From Eledone cirrhosa (taxonomy: Eukaryota): DNA of 64,000 nt. A program made the translations under genes and the position numbers. The notes beneath the pieces were generated by a model. It was given only the letters and a program-made list of their open reading frames with translations, was not told the origin of the DNA and made no database searches. The stretch spans positions 239,692,001 to 239,756,000 of the forward strand of contig OZ024740.1 in NCBI GenBank assembly GCA_964016885.1. Reading direction: 5' to 3'. Numbering within the stretch: the first letter of the stretch is position 1; each line of letters begins with the position of its first letter. Below are positions 1-12,738 of this stretch, in pieces.

Positions 1-129
1 TTATTGAACAAGTGTCTTTTATTCGAGCGTTATTTCTTCTGTAGATAGTTATAAGATAATGCAATATTAATGGACATTAATGTTTTTACCTGTTGATTAT
101 ATACGTCTGACAACCAAGCTTTTAATGAT

Positions 130-1039
130 TTAGTGTTTCTTTCTCTTTTTGTTTCTAGTTTTGTGGGAGGCTAAGAATGTGGATGTAGCTTTATGAAGGC
201 AATTAGAGAATAATTCACTTTTTTTGTTAATTAGGGTCTCATAGTTATTTATAATCAACAGGGTCTCCATTGTACAGAGCGCGCTCTGATATACTAGATT
301 TGCGGTAAACTCCACAATTCAGAAGTTTTGTCCAAAGAATGGAGTATTTTAAATTCCTCTCTTTTAATGACCATATGAGCTGTGATAAAGAAGTGGATGA
401 TTTCCTCTTGGAGTTCGAGAATGAGCATTTATGGTTCGCAAATCTGGCTTTAAAAGTAGAAGAAATCGATCCTATGTAGTTGTATGTGTTGTGATCAGTT
501 TTTAGGGTGCATTTATAAACAAAATTACTATCTAGACAATTATTTTGCAAAGGGCAATCAGTTTTATTTCTACAATTACATTTTGGTTTAGTATCATTTA
601 TGTTAACTCTATTATTAAGATCATTATGCTGGTTTTGTTTTAGGATTTTAGTGTTTAATTTGGCAATGTTTTGGGCCATGTTCATAGTTGTAGAATACGA
701 GAATTTAATGGTATGTCTATTAAAAATGGAATGGTATTTGTGTTGAGTAGGGACAGAGGTGTCCAAAGTGATAAAGAATAATTTTGCAATTGGTGGTTTA
801 ACTGCGACCGAAGCAGGGGGGGTGGGGGACCATATGACTGATTTAGTTCTAGTTCTTATCCTCGATTTATTTGGCGTATGGGTGTTTGAATTATAATTAT
901 TAGAGTTTCTCTTATATATGTTATTATTTTTATCAAGATTAATACTTGGATTATTATTATCTACATATTCTATATTATTCATATATCCTGCTCTTTTTAA
1001 CGCGTTGTTGTAGTATTCAGCGTTTTCATCGAATATAGC
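130..1039 (-). pseudogene. Inverted copy of the GIY-YIG-containing 3' end of the element A ORF
   Basis: ORF 245..982 is nearly identical to the 4264..4758 protein (CNCRNKTDCPL, YNYIGS). Confidence 0.9.
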
Positions 1040-2403
1040 ATATGTTTATGTATAGAAAGATACATGGAGGTATATATATGGATATATATTAGGTATTAGT
1101 GATACAGTATACTTTAGGTAAATGATAACAGTTATAATTTTATATAATAAAGTTCGACGTGTTACAGTTAAATATATATATATATATAAGAAAAGCAATA
1201 ATAAATGCATGGGTAATTCTGAGTTCAAAATAAGGTCTATAATAATTTATAGTTTGGATATTTGCTCTATATTTGAATCTTTCATGCGTTACTGATCTCT
1301 TATTTATAATATGTATGTAATTATATTTTTCTATGTGTTTAAATACTGCATTTTTATATCCATGATTCAAATATAGAGCAAATATCCAAACTATAAATTA
1401 TTATAGACCTTATTTTGAACTCAGAATTATCTATGCATTTATTATTGTTTTTCTTATATATATATATGTATTTAACTGAAACACGTCGAAATTTATTATA
1501 TAAAATTATAACCGTTATCATTTACCTAAAGTATACTGTATTACTAATACCTAATATATATCCATATATACCTCCCTGAATCTTTCTATACATAATATTT
1601 AGTTAACTTCTAAATTTCTTGATTATTATTTATTTTGAACTATGAATAATTAATGCATTTACACCCGGTTATATATAGGTATATATTTAACTTTAGCATG
1701 CCTCAATCTATTATTTTATTTTTATTTTCGTTATCATTTACCTAAAATATACTGGCTCGTTAATATATATCTATATACATAGTCGTTATTTAAATATTTC
1801 TAACAATAAGTAAGCTTTACATACCGAATATGTTGACATTATCTTAGTTAAAGTTTACATTTAGGAAAATATTCAACAGTGTAAACTTTCCTTTTCGCTG
1901 GCCAGCTAAATCCTTTAAATGTTATCCTCATAAAATGCAGAACTTTAGAAATTTACACTTATAGAATTTACAAAATTAATAAATATAAATAACCAGCAAG
2001 TTTTAAAAAAAGACCTAAAATCTTGATTCTTCACCCTAAAATAGCATAAATTAAATACTGTCAAACTTAACCGTTTAAGTTTCATAAAAAATCTACTTCT
2101 GCTTATATCCCCCCCCCCCCCTTATCTTTCCCTCTCTATATATCCTATTCCAGTGGCTCTCATTGACTGTTATAATTCATGAGATGTTTTCCTAGATAAA
2201 CATAAATTGTAGTATTATACATTTTAAAATCTCTATAGCTGTCACATCAACCAACGTTTTTCTTACTCATACATTCTCTATTGAATTTATTACGTTTTCG
2301 CATTTTCTCATTATTAGGGTATAAATGTTAAATTTTCTCTTAGGTTAATCACTACCTTGATTAAATATTAACCATTTAACATCTCAGGGTATGTCATGTA
2401 TCA

Positions 2404-2464
2404 TTATATTTTGTCTGATGAGGACGTACTGTTGTACATCCGAAATATGTATAATAAAATGTAA
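2404..2464 (+). ncRNA. Type I hammerhead ribozyme (element A upstream pLTR)
   Basis: TTATATTTTGT-CTGATGA-GGACGTAC tgtt GTACATCC-GAAA-TATGTA-TA-ATAAAATGTAA: stem I, stem II, intact core and short palindrome-like stem III. Confidence 0.85.
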
Positions 2465-2666
2465 TTGATCAAAAGAACATCTATTTAATTAATATTTGTA
2501 TTTTAATATTAATAACTCTGGAAAATTATTTTTCGTAGAGTGCTTCCAATCTACTGTAAAACTCATTCTTTGATATACTCATTGAATCTTGTTTAACTCT
2601 TTAATATATACCGCTCCCAACTGGTTCAGCGCTTCTCTATACAAAAGATTGCATATTCAATAAATA

Positions 2667-4900
2667 TGGATTTCTTTAACTTCCCGACTTCCCATACCTT
2701 CAAATGAAGAATACATGAGGAAAACTATCAAACAGACAAACTCTTTTATTAGAAGATTGAGATGGAGAGTTTTTCATTTCGAAAATAAAGATGCTGAAAG
2801 AAAAACCAACAACAATCATTTTGAATCTTTATTTAAATCAAGAAAGAATCCTCCATACAACAAACTTCTGGAGGTTTTTGAAACGGAAATGCTCGGTATA
2901 ATCAAAAAAATTAAATTTAGGAAAAACCCATATATAGGTCACCAATACTTTAGAACTCTAAAAGAAAAAATCACGAAAATAAAAAATGTTAACAAAGTAT
3001 TGGTTAAATCGGACAAAACTAATAATTTATATGGGATAAGCAAAGATGAATATAACAACTTGATTTTAAAGGAACTTAGGAAAAATTACAAAAAAGCCCC
3101 GGTTGATGATCTTACTGAAATTAATGAAGAAGCCTACAAATTAATTACCAATAGAAGGAAGAACCGAGCCATTCATACTTAGGCAGCCGAGGATTAACTT
3201 GAAGGATCACAAAAGATACTTTGAGGAAGAGATGCCAGTTAGATTGATTGCTCCATCGAAATCGGATATTGGAGTAATCAGTAAAAACATCATAGATAGA
3301 ATATTATCCACTCTTAAATTGAGATCTAATTTGAGCTTATGGAAAGATACAAACGAAGTCATAGAATGGTACACGAATATAGAAGATGAGACAAACCATA
3401 AATTCATCCAGATGGACATTACTAGCTACTATTCTTCCATAACACCTAACCTTCTAAATAAGGCTCTTTTATATGCTTATAAGCATACTGATATAACCAC
3501 GGATGAAATCGATATAATACTAACAGCCAGAAGAACTCTTATTAACTTCAACAACGAATATTGGCACTGCTCAGATAGAGATAGAAACTTTGATATCACT
3601 ATGGGGGCATCTGATTCCGCGCAAATCACAGATCTTCTGGGAATTTTCATATTAAATATGATAAATAGAAAACTACCGGAGCTTACCGGTGGTTTATATA
3701 GGGACGACATTTTATTTACGGTGGTCAAACAACAATATAGAACTAAAAGTATAATAGAATTCTTTAAAATGTACGACCTTAAGTTAGATGTAGAAAGTGA
3801 TACCAAAATAGTTAATTTCCTAGACGTTACCTTTAACTTAAACACTGGCTTCTATTACCCTTTTCATAAGCCCAATGAAAACTAAACTATGTTAGTAACC
3901 ATTCCAATCACCCTAAATCTGTAAAAAAAAAGCTATAGTAAATAGTGTGTAAAATCGAATTAATAAAATATCAGCACATAAAGCTATATTCGATGAAAAC
4001 GCTGAATACTACAACAACGCGTTAAAACGAGCAGGATATATATAAATAATATAGAATATGTAGATAATAATAATCCAAGTATTAATCTTGATAAAAATAA
4101 TAACATATATAACAGAAACTGTAATAATTATTATTGAAACACCCATACGCCAAATAAATCGAGGATAAGAACTAGAACTAAATCAGTCTTATGGTCCCCC
4201 CCCCCCCCCCCCCCTGCTTCGGTCGCAGTTAAACCACCAATTGCAAAATTATTCTTTAACGCTTTGGACACCTCTGTCCCTACTCAACATAAATACCATT
4301 CCATTTTTAATAGACAAACCATTAAATTCTCGTATTCTACAACTATGAACATAGCCCAAAACATTGCCAAATTAAACATTAAAATCCTAAAACAAAACCA
4401 GTATAATGATCTTAATAATAGAGTTAACATAAATGATACTAAACCAAAATGTAATTGTAGAAATAAAACTGATTGCCCTTTGCAAAATAATTGTCTAGAT
4501 AGTAATTTGGTTTATAAATGCACCGTCAAAACTGAACACAACACATGCAACTACATAGGATCGATTTCTTCTACTTTTAAAGCCAGATTTGCGAACCATA
4601 AATGCTCATTCTCGAACTCCAAGAGGAAATCATCCACTTCTTTATCACAGCTCATATGGTCATTAAAAGAGAGGAATTTAAACTACTCCATTCTTTGGAC
4701 AAAACTTCAGAACTGTGGAGTTTACCGCAACTCTAGTGTATCAGAGCGCGCCCTGTAAAATGGAGACCCTATTGATTATTAATAACTATGAGACCCTAAT
4801 TAACAAAAAAATGAATTATTCTCTAGTTGCCTTCATAAAGCTACATCCATATTCTTAGCCTCCCACAAAACTAGAAAAAAAGAGAGAGAAACACTAAACC
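2667..4900 (+). pseudogene. Disrupted PLE reverse transcriptase + GIY-YIG endonuclease (element A)
   Basis: ORF pieces 2715-3182 (DKT motif), 3199-3885 (MDITSYYSSI, MGASDSAQ, YRDD, VNFLDV) and 4264-4758 (CNCRNKTDCPL, VYKC...YIG). Several frameshifts and stops. Confidence 0.9.
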
Positions 4901-5365
4901 ATTAAAAACTTGGTTGTCTGACGTATATAATCAACAGGTAAAAACATTAATGTCCTCTAATATTGCATTATCTTATAACTATCTATAGAAGAAATAACGC
5001 TCGAATAAAAGACACTTGTTCAATAACACGCCGGAACATTGATATACATAACATAATATTATTAACTTTGATCCATACCATTATTTCTTTATTTCTCTAT
5101 CTTTATCTTCCTATCTAAGTTTAAAATTTTAGTTTAATATCCAACTCATACATTTTTACGGAACTTATTTCTAACTGTGAATCTTTCATGCGTTTTTGAT
5201 CGCTTATTTATAATATGTATGTAATTATATTTTCTATGTTTTTAAATATACCTACTGCATTTTTATATCCATGATTCAAATATAGAGCAAATATAGAGCA
5301 AATATCCAAACTATAAATTATTAAAGACCTTATTTTGAACTCACAATTATCCTTGCATTTATTAT

Positions 5366-5370
<5 letters not shown>

Positions 5371-5419
<49 letters not shown>

Positions 5420-5530
5420 ATGTAAATATAATGTATTTTGCAATACACTTTATGCTTAATTAAAAGCATTTTGAAGACCGTAAGCTATTGTTTTAAAGCT
5501 ATTTCAGAGCTACAATTCTAATATATATAT
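5371..5530. mobile_element. Small nested insertion in the (TA)n of the element A pLTR, related to the pLTR at 40700-41030
   Basis: Absent from the upstream pLTR copy. 5418-5495 is an inverted match to ~40910-40986, and GCTATTTCAGAGCT.CAATTCTAAT matches ~40998-41022. Confidence 0.7.
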
Positions 5531-6450
5531 ATGTATTTAACTGTAACACGTCGAACTTTATTATATAAAATTATAACCGTTATCATTTACCTAAAGTATA
5601 CTGTATCACTAATACCTAATATATATCCATATATACCTCCCTGTATCTTTCTATACATAATTTTTAGTTAACTTCTAAATTTTTTGATTATTATTTATTT
5701 TGAACTATGAATAATTAATGCATTTACACCCGGTTATATATAGGTATATATTTAACTTTAGCATGCCTCAATCTATTATTTTATTTTTATCTTCGTTATC
5801 ATTTACCTAAAATATACTGGCTCATTAATATATATCTATATACATAATCGTTATTTAAATATTTCTAACAATAAGTACTTCATAAGCTTTACATACCGAA
5901 TATGTTGACATTATCTTAGTTAAAGTTTACATTTAGGAAAATATTCAACAGTGTAAACTTTCCTTTTCGCTGACCAGCTAAATCCTTTAAATTTTATCCT
6001 CATAAAATTCAGAACTTTAGAAATTTACACTTATAGAATTTACAAAACTAATAAATATAAATAACCAGCAATTTAAAAAAAAAACCTAAAATCTTGGTTC
6101 TTCACCCTAAAATAGCATAAATTAAATATTTTCAAACTTAACCGTTTAACTTTCGTAAAAAATCTCCTTCTGTATATATTACCCCCCTTATCTTTCCCTC
6201 TCTATAAATCTTATTTCAGTGGCTCTTATTGACTGTTATAATTCATGAGATGCTTTCCTAGATAAACATAAATTGTAGTATTATACATTTCAAAATGTCA
6301 CATCAACCAACGTTTTTCTTACTCATACATTCTCTATTGAATTTATTACGTTTTCGCATTTTCCCATTATTAGGGTATAAATGTTAAATTTTCGCTTTCT
6401 ACCTTGATTAAATCTTAACCATTTAACATCTCAGAGTATGTCATGTATCA

Positions 6451-6511
6451 TTATATTTTGTCTGATGAGGACGTACTGTTGTACATCCGAAATATGTATA
6501 ATAAAATGTAA
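6451..6511 (+). ncRNA. Type I hammerhead ribozyme (element A downstream pLTR)
   Basis: Identical motif to 2404-2464. Confidence 0.85.
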
Positions 6512-6539
6512 TTGATCAAAAGAACTTCTATTTTATTAA

Positions 6540-6591
<52 letters not shown>

Positions 6592-7000
6592 ATATAAATA
6601 TATATAACGTTTATCTCATGTGTTTGTGTCTGTCTCTGTCTGTTTGCGTGTGTCTGAGTGTATCTAAGAAGCTAACAAAGGAATGATTCTTTTCTAGTGA
6701 AGATATATAGAGAAATCTTTCAGATTTTTTCTTCTAACAATGACATCAGTAAGAAAAGTATTGCATCAAAGAGAATTGTAAAGTTTTGATAAATTAATTA
6801 TCAGCCATCTGAGAAATAGTATCTCCAGAGTTTTCTTAGAACCAAAACAAGAGACACGATTTAATTTAGTCATGTTGTCATTCAGTACACAGACAAACAA
6901 GCATACACGCACACACTGAGACGCAAAAGCGGTTGACATGTTGTTGGCTAATGCTACCATGTTTGCGAAATCCCGGATATGTCCTCAGGACTTTTACCTG

Positions 7001-7038
<38 letters not shown>

Positions 7039-7049
7039 AACAAAAGATG

Positions 7050-8034
7050 GTTAAAAGCCGGCTATCCTGATAAAATCAAATATAGTAAAGAAACAAATTC
7101 TAGAAGAAATTACAGTAGAATAATTAATCATGATCATTCTAATAACTTTAATAAAAGACCTAGATACAAAAACATAATCTGGTATAATGCTCCTTTCTCC
7201 ATCTCTATTAATAACAATATTCCTAAATTATTCTTTAGTGCCTTAAATAAATGCTTCCCTCCCTCACATATCTATAGTAAAATATTTAACAAACACACTA
7301 TACAATTTTCCTATTCTACATCCTCCAACATTTCCAACATTATCTCTAAACACAACAATAAAATACTAAATACTAACTCTCTTCCTTCCAACACTGAATA
7401 TCATAATAATAGTACTCCCGAGGTCATTGTAAACCCTAGGCTAATTTCTACAAACCCAAATACAACGTCAAACACAACTTCGCTAAATGTTCTTAATCCC
7501 ATTCTAAATCAAGAAACTATTATTCCTATCGCAAATAACTTCTCCAATCCAATTCCTTCTATAGATAACACTAGGTCACTCATTAATAATCTCTCTAATC
7601 GCAATTGCAATTGCCCTATTAAAAATAAATGTCCTCTCAACAACCATTGTCTTGATAAAAACTTAATTTACGAATGTAAAGTTATAACTGACACCAATTC
7701 CTTCACCTACTTTGGCTCCACTTCCACCTCTTTTAAAGCTCGTCTTTATAACCATCATTCGTCTTTTAAATACAAACTTAAAAGAACCAACACGGCTCTC
7801 TCAGAACTCATATGGTCCTTGAAAGACAAAAATATTAAATATAGCATCTTTTGGAAGAAGGTTTCTTCTGCGTCTCCATTCTTGAACAGTTCTCTATCCA
7901 AAATTCGCAATCTCTGTCTAAATGAAAAATTTACCATTATTTCTAATTTAGATTCTATAATAAATAGACGCACTGACTTGTTTTCTATCTGCTTGCATAA
8001 AGTCCATAAAACATTTCACAAAGTATACAGCTAA
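7050..8034 (+). CDS. C-terminal part of a PLE polyprotein (thumb/linker + GIY-YIG); the ORF start at 6979 is a microsatellite artefact
   Basis: IIWYNAPFS, CNCPIKNKCPL, LIYECKV...TYFGST, NLCLNEK...CLH. Homologous to the element A C-terminus. Confidence 0.85.
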
Positions 8035-8923
8035 GATTCAATTCTTTATCAATTTAGAATCTTTTTCTCAAAGGCACATATATATATATATACACTTCTT
8101 TTAAAAATATACCCATCTTTCTACCTTATTTCAAAGGTTATTATACATTCTATAATACTTGTTACTCATTCTACATCGCCCCTATTTATCACTTCCCTTT
8201 CTTCTCTTCTTCTTTTAATGTCTAACCCCTAATCTGTACCTTTTCTCACTCTTGCCTAACATAGAATCAATTATTACATAATACAATACACTCTTACTCT
8301 ATATCACCTTGTAAAAATCCTTCGTAAACATATACACATTTTTTTGACGTTAGATTATTCATCCTCAATTCATTATTCTTTTCTCCCTTTCATCTAACTC
8401 ATTCATGCTCATCTCAATATTTCCTTACTTAAATAACCTGTTATTCCTTTTAATAATACATATCAACATTTTCTTAACATCGCACATATTATTAAACCTT
8501 AAATATTATTATTCTCAATACATATTAACATTTTCTTTTTCATCGCACATATTATCAAACCCCTCAATATACAAACCTTAACTTTACATTATTTTTCTCT
8601 TCGTTAATTTTCAAATTCTTTTAATTTATACATTATCTTCCAACGGTTTTCAGCCTCTCTATGTAAAACAATATATCTTTCTCAGTTATAAAAGCTATCT
8701 CTCTCTCTCTATCACCCATCTCTCCTCCTATCTCATCCTTCCTCATTATACTCCTCCCTCTCCACTTTTTACTCTCATCTCCTCCTCTTTTTCATCCTTT
8801 CCACCCCCCCTCTAAATAAAATATTTTTCCCAATATCACACATCAATCTAAAACTACTTTTCATATGTTGATTTAAAACTGAACTATCCACAAGTGTTTT
8901 TTAACCTTCATATCATGTCTTCC

Positions 8924-8994
8924 TGTTTTATCTGATGAAAACACAAATATTATTGCATGATGATATTTGTTTTTGAAATGCGCATAATAAAATA
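8924..8994 (+). ncRNA. Type I hammerhead ribozyme (element B pLTR)
   Basis: TGTTTTAT-CTGATGA-long stem II-GAAA-TGCGCA (palindrome)-TA-ATAAAATA. Confidence 0.85.
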
Positions 8995-9155
8995 CATGGA
9001 ACTCTTTTAACCATCTTTTGTTCTTATATATTATGTATACTCCAGTCCTACAAACTGTAGAGTGCTTCTTATCCGATATCTGCATTGCTTTATTGTACTA
9101 CAATAAAACTCACCTCCTACACTAAATATATATATATATATTTATATATATAAAT

Positions 9156-9223
<68 letters not shown>

Positions 9224-9225
<2 letters not shown>

Positions 9226-9618
9226 AACAGTCATATATGAAAAAACAACCTGTGACAAACCCGCCCCCCTCTCTTATTTGAAGAACTACTGTAACGCGAA
9301 CTGGCGCGAAATTTATTATAATTATTGACAAACCAATCAAATTACTTCTCGAAAAACCTGGTTTTCGAGCCACTTTTTCCATATAAAACAAGTAACATTT
9401 AGAGACCAACCAGATGTGAGAAAAACCACAGACCCTCCATCTCAACTCACCTTTTGAAAAGCAGAAGAACTGCGAAACCGGTAAAGGAACCAAATAAATA
9501 TATATATTTTTTTTAAAAATAAGACTTCAGTTGCATTTTCGATTTCATCCCTTTTTCTTTATACTTCCACTCGTGTAGGACACCTCGGTTATTTTTCATT
9601 TTGTAAAAAAAACCTCAC

Positions 9619-9625
<7 letters not shown>
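9224..9625 (+). mobile_element. Solo pLTR fragment of the element C family between (TA)n tracts
   Basis: Reverse complement of ~17512-17910 and ~12630-12962. Confidence 0.85.
9450..9487 (+). ncRNA. Minimal hammerhead with U3-A8 core (C family)
   Basis: CCTT-TTGAAAA-GCAG aagaa CTGC-GAAA-CCGG-TA-AAGG. Other copies at 12701-12738(-), 17651-17688(-) and 19364-19401(+). Confidence 0.75.
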
Positions 9626-9659
<34 letters not shown>

Positions 9660-9661
<2 letters not shown>

Positions 9662-11955
9662 GTAAAAAATTGAACGGGAACAAAACAGAGAGGCAGTACG
9701 AACAAAGGTTTATTAGTTTCACGCTCTTGAGAGTGGGGGTGATGGTGGGGAACGACGTTTCGGGCATAAGCCCTTCTTCAGGTGAAAAGTGTGTGGGAAG
9801 AGAGTTCCAAGGGTGTGTAGGGGAGTGGTGGAGAGACATATAGAAAAAACGGTAGAAATGAAATTAAATATAAAAGCATAATAAAAATAAAAATAAACCT
9901 GAAGTAAAACAGGTGGTGAAAGGGTGTGTGGCGTGTAGGGGTGGTGGCGGGTGGAGTGGGGAGAGGGAGGCGGGGTGTCCGAGCGGGGAGGGCTGAAGGT
10001 GATGTTTGTGTGTAGTTGTACGTGTGTGTGTGTGTGTATGTGTATGTGAAATAAAAGTTGGGGGAAGAACGGGGTTGCATGTTCAGGAAGAGGTGTGTGT
10101 GGGGTGGGGTGTAGGTCGGTGTGTGTGTGTGTGCGTGTGTGGATGGGGAGGGGTCAGAGGGGTGGGGGGAGAGGATTCCGGAGGCTGAGTGTGTCGTGTT
10201 TATGCGTGTTGTTGAGAAGGGTGTGGGGGCCGGTGGAGGGAGTGTAGTGTACTGGTGTGTGTGTGTGTGCGTGTTGGATGAGTGTGTGTGTGATGAAGGG
10301 GGTGTTAGTGGGTGTTAGTATACTGGAGGGGGGGAAGGGTTGAATGCTGGTGTGAGTGGGGGTCAGTGGTGGTAGGGTGTGTAGAGTGGGTGGTGTAAGT
10401 GGGTGTGTGTTCGTGTGCGTAGGGTTGGGGGTTGTTAGTGATGTTAGTTGCGTGTAGAGTGGGTGGTGTAAGTGAGTGTGTGTGTTCGTGTGCGTGGGGT
10501 CGGGGGTGTTAGTGATGTTAGTTGCGGGGTGGTGTGGTGGATGTGTGGGGGTTAGGGTTAGTGGTGGTAGTAGGGTGTGTGTTTAGTGTGAGCGCGTGTA
10601 TACATGTACCGGTGGGTGTGTGCGTGTGATAAGGGGAGGGGGGAAGAAGGGAGAAATGTTAGTATGTTAGTTGGGGAAGGGTGGTCGGGTGAGGGGTGGA
10701 GGTGTTTGTATTGTTAGTTGTGGGGTGGGCGGTGAAAAGGAGGGGTATGTTAGTGGTGTTAGTGGGGGATATGTGTGGGGGAGAGGGTGGTCGAAGGCTT
10801 TAGGAATAAGGGTGGGGAGTTCAGGCCGGGGGGAGTGTCGGTCTGTAGGGTGAAGATGGTTCGTTGTTCGACCCTGAGGAGTGTGGTGGGTGTTCCGTGG
10901 CATTGGAGTAGGCCATAGACTGTGAGGTGGTGTGCGGAATGTCCAGGGGCACCAAAGTGGAGGGCGATGTGGGAACTACCACCGGGACGAATATCTCGGA
11001 GGTGTTCAGTTAACCGGTCCGCCAGGCGATGTCCAGTCTGTCCGATGTAGGTTGCGCTGGACTCCGTGCAGCGAAGTCCGTAGACTAGGTTGGAGGAGGT
11101 GCAGCGGAAGGCATGCCGGACAGAGAGACAGTGGCCGTTGGGACCCTGGAAGGTGGTGGTGTTGGTGATGTGGGGACAGGTGTTGCAGCGGGAACTGGAA
11201 CAGAGAATGGAACCGGGAGGGGAAGGAGAGCGTGGGTTGGGGGGTAGGTAGCTGTGGACGAGGAGGGTTCGGAGAGTGCGTGCGCGTTTGAAGGAGGGGA
11301 GTGGTGGGGCTGGAAAGATGTGGGAGATGGAGGGGTCGGACTGGAGGCGTCGGAAGAGGCGGAGGATGGTGCGGTGGAGGGGTATGGTGGAGGGGTGGTA
11401 GGTGATGGGGAAGGGGAGACGATGGGTGGGTGTGCGGTGGCGTGGGTGAGGGTGGTGGAGCGGTGGACAGCACGGGCGCGGGTGAGAGCGGTGTGGACGA
11501 GAGAGGGGGTAATCTCTGCGGATGAAATGGCTGACTAGAGAAAGGGCCTGGGACTCAAAGTCAGCATCTCGGCTACAGATGCGGCGGATCCTGAGGAGTT
11601 GGGAGTAGGGAATAGAGTGTTTAGTGTATGTTGGGTGAGAAGAGGTGAAGTCGAGGTAGGAGTGGGAGTCGGTGGGTTTGAAGAAGGCGGAGGTGACGAG
11701 GCAGTGGTGGGAGGGGTCGAAAGCGACGGAGATGTCTAAGAAGTGGGTGGTGGAGATAGAGGTGGTGAAGTGGAAGGAGGGGTGAAAGGAGCAGAAGAAG
11801 GAGAGAAAGGAGTCGAGCTGTTCTCGGGCGAGGGTCGTGGCTCCGATACAGTCGTCGATGTAACGACCGTACAGTTCGGGCGTGGGGCCGGTGTACTGGG
11901 CAAAGTTTGGGCCTCAACATGGGCAACAAAAAGGTTGGCATAGTTTTGGCCCATT
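9660..11955 (-). mobile_element. 5'-truncated, GC-rich Neptune-like Penelope element D
   Basis: Minus strand reads MG.NYANLFVAHVE, SHPTYTKHSIPYSQLLRIRRICS and FRCTSSNLVYGLRCTE...TYIGQTG (GIY-YIG), with frameshifts. A hammerhead core lies near the 3' end. (TA)n flanks. Confidence 0.85.
9745..9790 (-). ncRNA. Hammerhead core (element D pLTR); stem I poorly paired
   Basis: Minus strand CTGAAGA-AGGGC ttat GCCC-GAAA-CGTCG-TT. Confidence 0.6.
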
Positions 11956-11974
11956 CTTATATAAAAATATAAAC

Positions 11975-12046
<72 letters not shown>

Positions 12047-12049
<3 letters not shown>

Positions 12050-12490
12050 CAGGTAAAGTCCTGAGAACATATCCGGTATGGTTGTCATTTATTTTTTATT
12101 ATTTACTTTGTTTTGCCCTGTTTAGCGTTCTTAACCACCTTTTCTGTTTTGTATGACTTCTTAACACATGGTTTAGCTCTGGTTTTTAACTATTGAGCAC
12201 TTTGCCAGTATCATTTCTGATTTTGCGTTTCGCTTCGCTTTTCCTGCCCGCCGAAAATGCGATTCTCCAGATGGCAAAATATTTTGCCGTTCGTGGGACT
12301 TTTTGTCCTAGGAAAGGAAAATGCTCTCTGATGATCTAAACTTTTCCATTGGAATTCCCTAGGGATCTCCAATCTTTTGTGAAGTGAAACCTTCGGTAAA
12401 TGCAATTGGAATAGGTAAATATTTAAATTATACTTTTTAATTTATTTTAAAAAATTGTTCGAATCTTGCTTGCTCCGCTTATCTCAATTT
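12047..12490 (+). mobile_element. PLE pLTR remnant (family H) with inverted tail, in (TA)n
   Basis: 12047-12076 is an inverted match to ~6973-7003. It contains a hammerhead-like motif at 12322-12404 and is related to 51140-51400. Confidence 0.65.
12322..12404 (+). ncRNA. Hammerhead-like motif (family H)
   Basis: CTGATGA...GAAA-CC TTC GG-TA; stem I is weak. Confidence 0.55.
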
Positions 12491-12491
12491 T

Positions 12492-12569
<78 letters not shown>

Positions 12570-12700
12570 TATATCTATATATATATCTATATATATATAT
12601 ATACACACACATATATATATATATATATAAAGAAAAAGAGATGAAATCGAAAATGTAACTGGAGTCTTTTTTTTTTTTTTTTAAATATATTTATTTGGTT

Positions 12701-12738
12701 CCTTTACCGGTTTCGCAGTTCTTCTGCTTTTCAAAAGG
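12701..12738 (-). ncRNA. U3-A8 hammerhead in the downstream pLTR of element C
   Basis: Same motif as 17651-17688. Confidence 0.75.

Larger units (their letters stand above)
1..6545 (+). mobile_element. Penelope-like element A (tentatively Naiad-type): inverted 5' arms, upstream pLTR, RT/GIY-YIG ORF, downstream pLTR
   Basis: Direct repeat ~1275-2510 matches ~5178-6540. 1-1039 is an inverted copy of ~3983-5026, and 1046-1279 is an inverted copy of 1364-1596. Hammerheads occur at both pLTR ends, and the element ends in (TA)n. Confidence 0.9.
7030..9125 (+). mobile_element. 5'-truncated Penelope-like element B (GIY-YIG part, long 3' UTR, pLTR)
   Basis: GIY-YIG ORF and a hammerhead at 8924-8994. 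7031-7057 is an inverted copy of ~9004-9030. Flanked by (TA)n on both sides. Confidence 0.88.

Noticed and set aside
4440-4500. Selenoprotein-type (UGA-recoding) Naiad PLE
   Set aside because: Conserved Cys positions in CNCx5C are TGT/TGC in elements A, B and E. The TGA at 15368 in element C is not at an evident Cys position.
9272-9330. Additional hammerhead upstream in the C-family pLTR ((C/T)TGAAGA...GAAA)
   Set aside because: Stem I barely pairs and stem II has a long unpaired 5' segment; at best a decayed motif.
10550-10562. TTAGGG telomere-like motif
   Set aside because: Fewer than two units within a G/T-rich 3' UTR.
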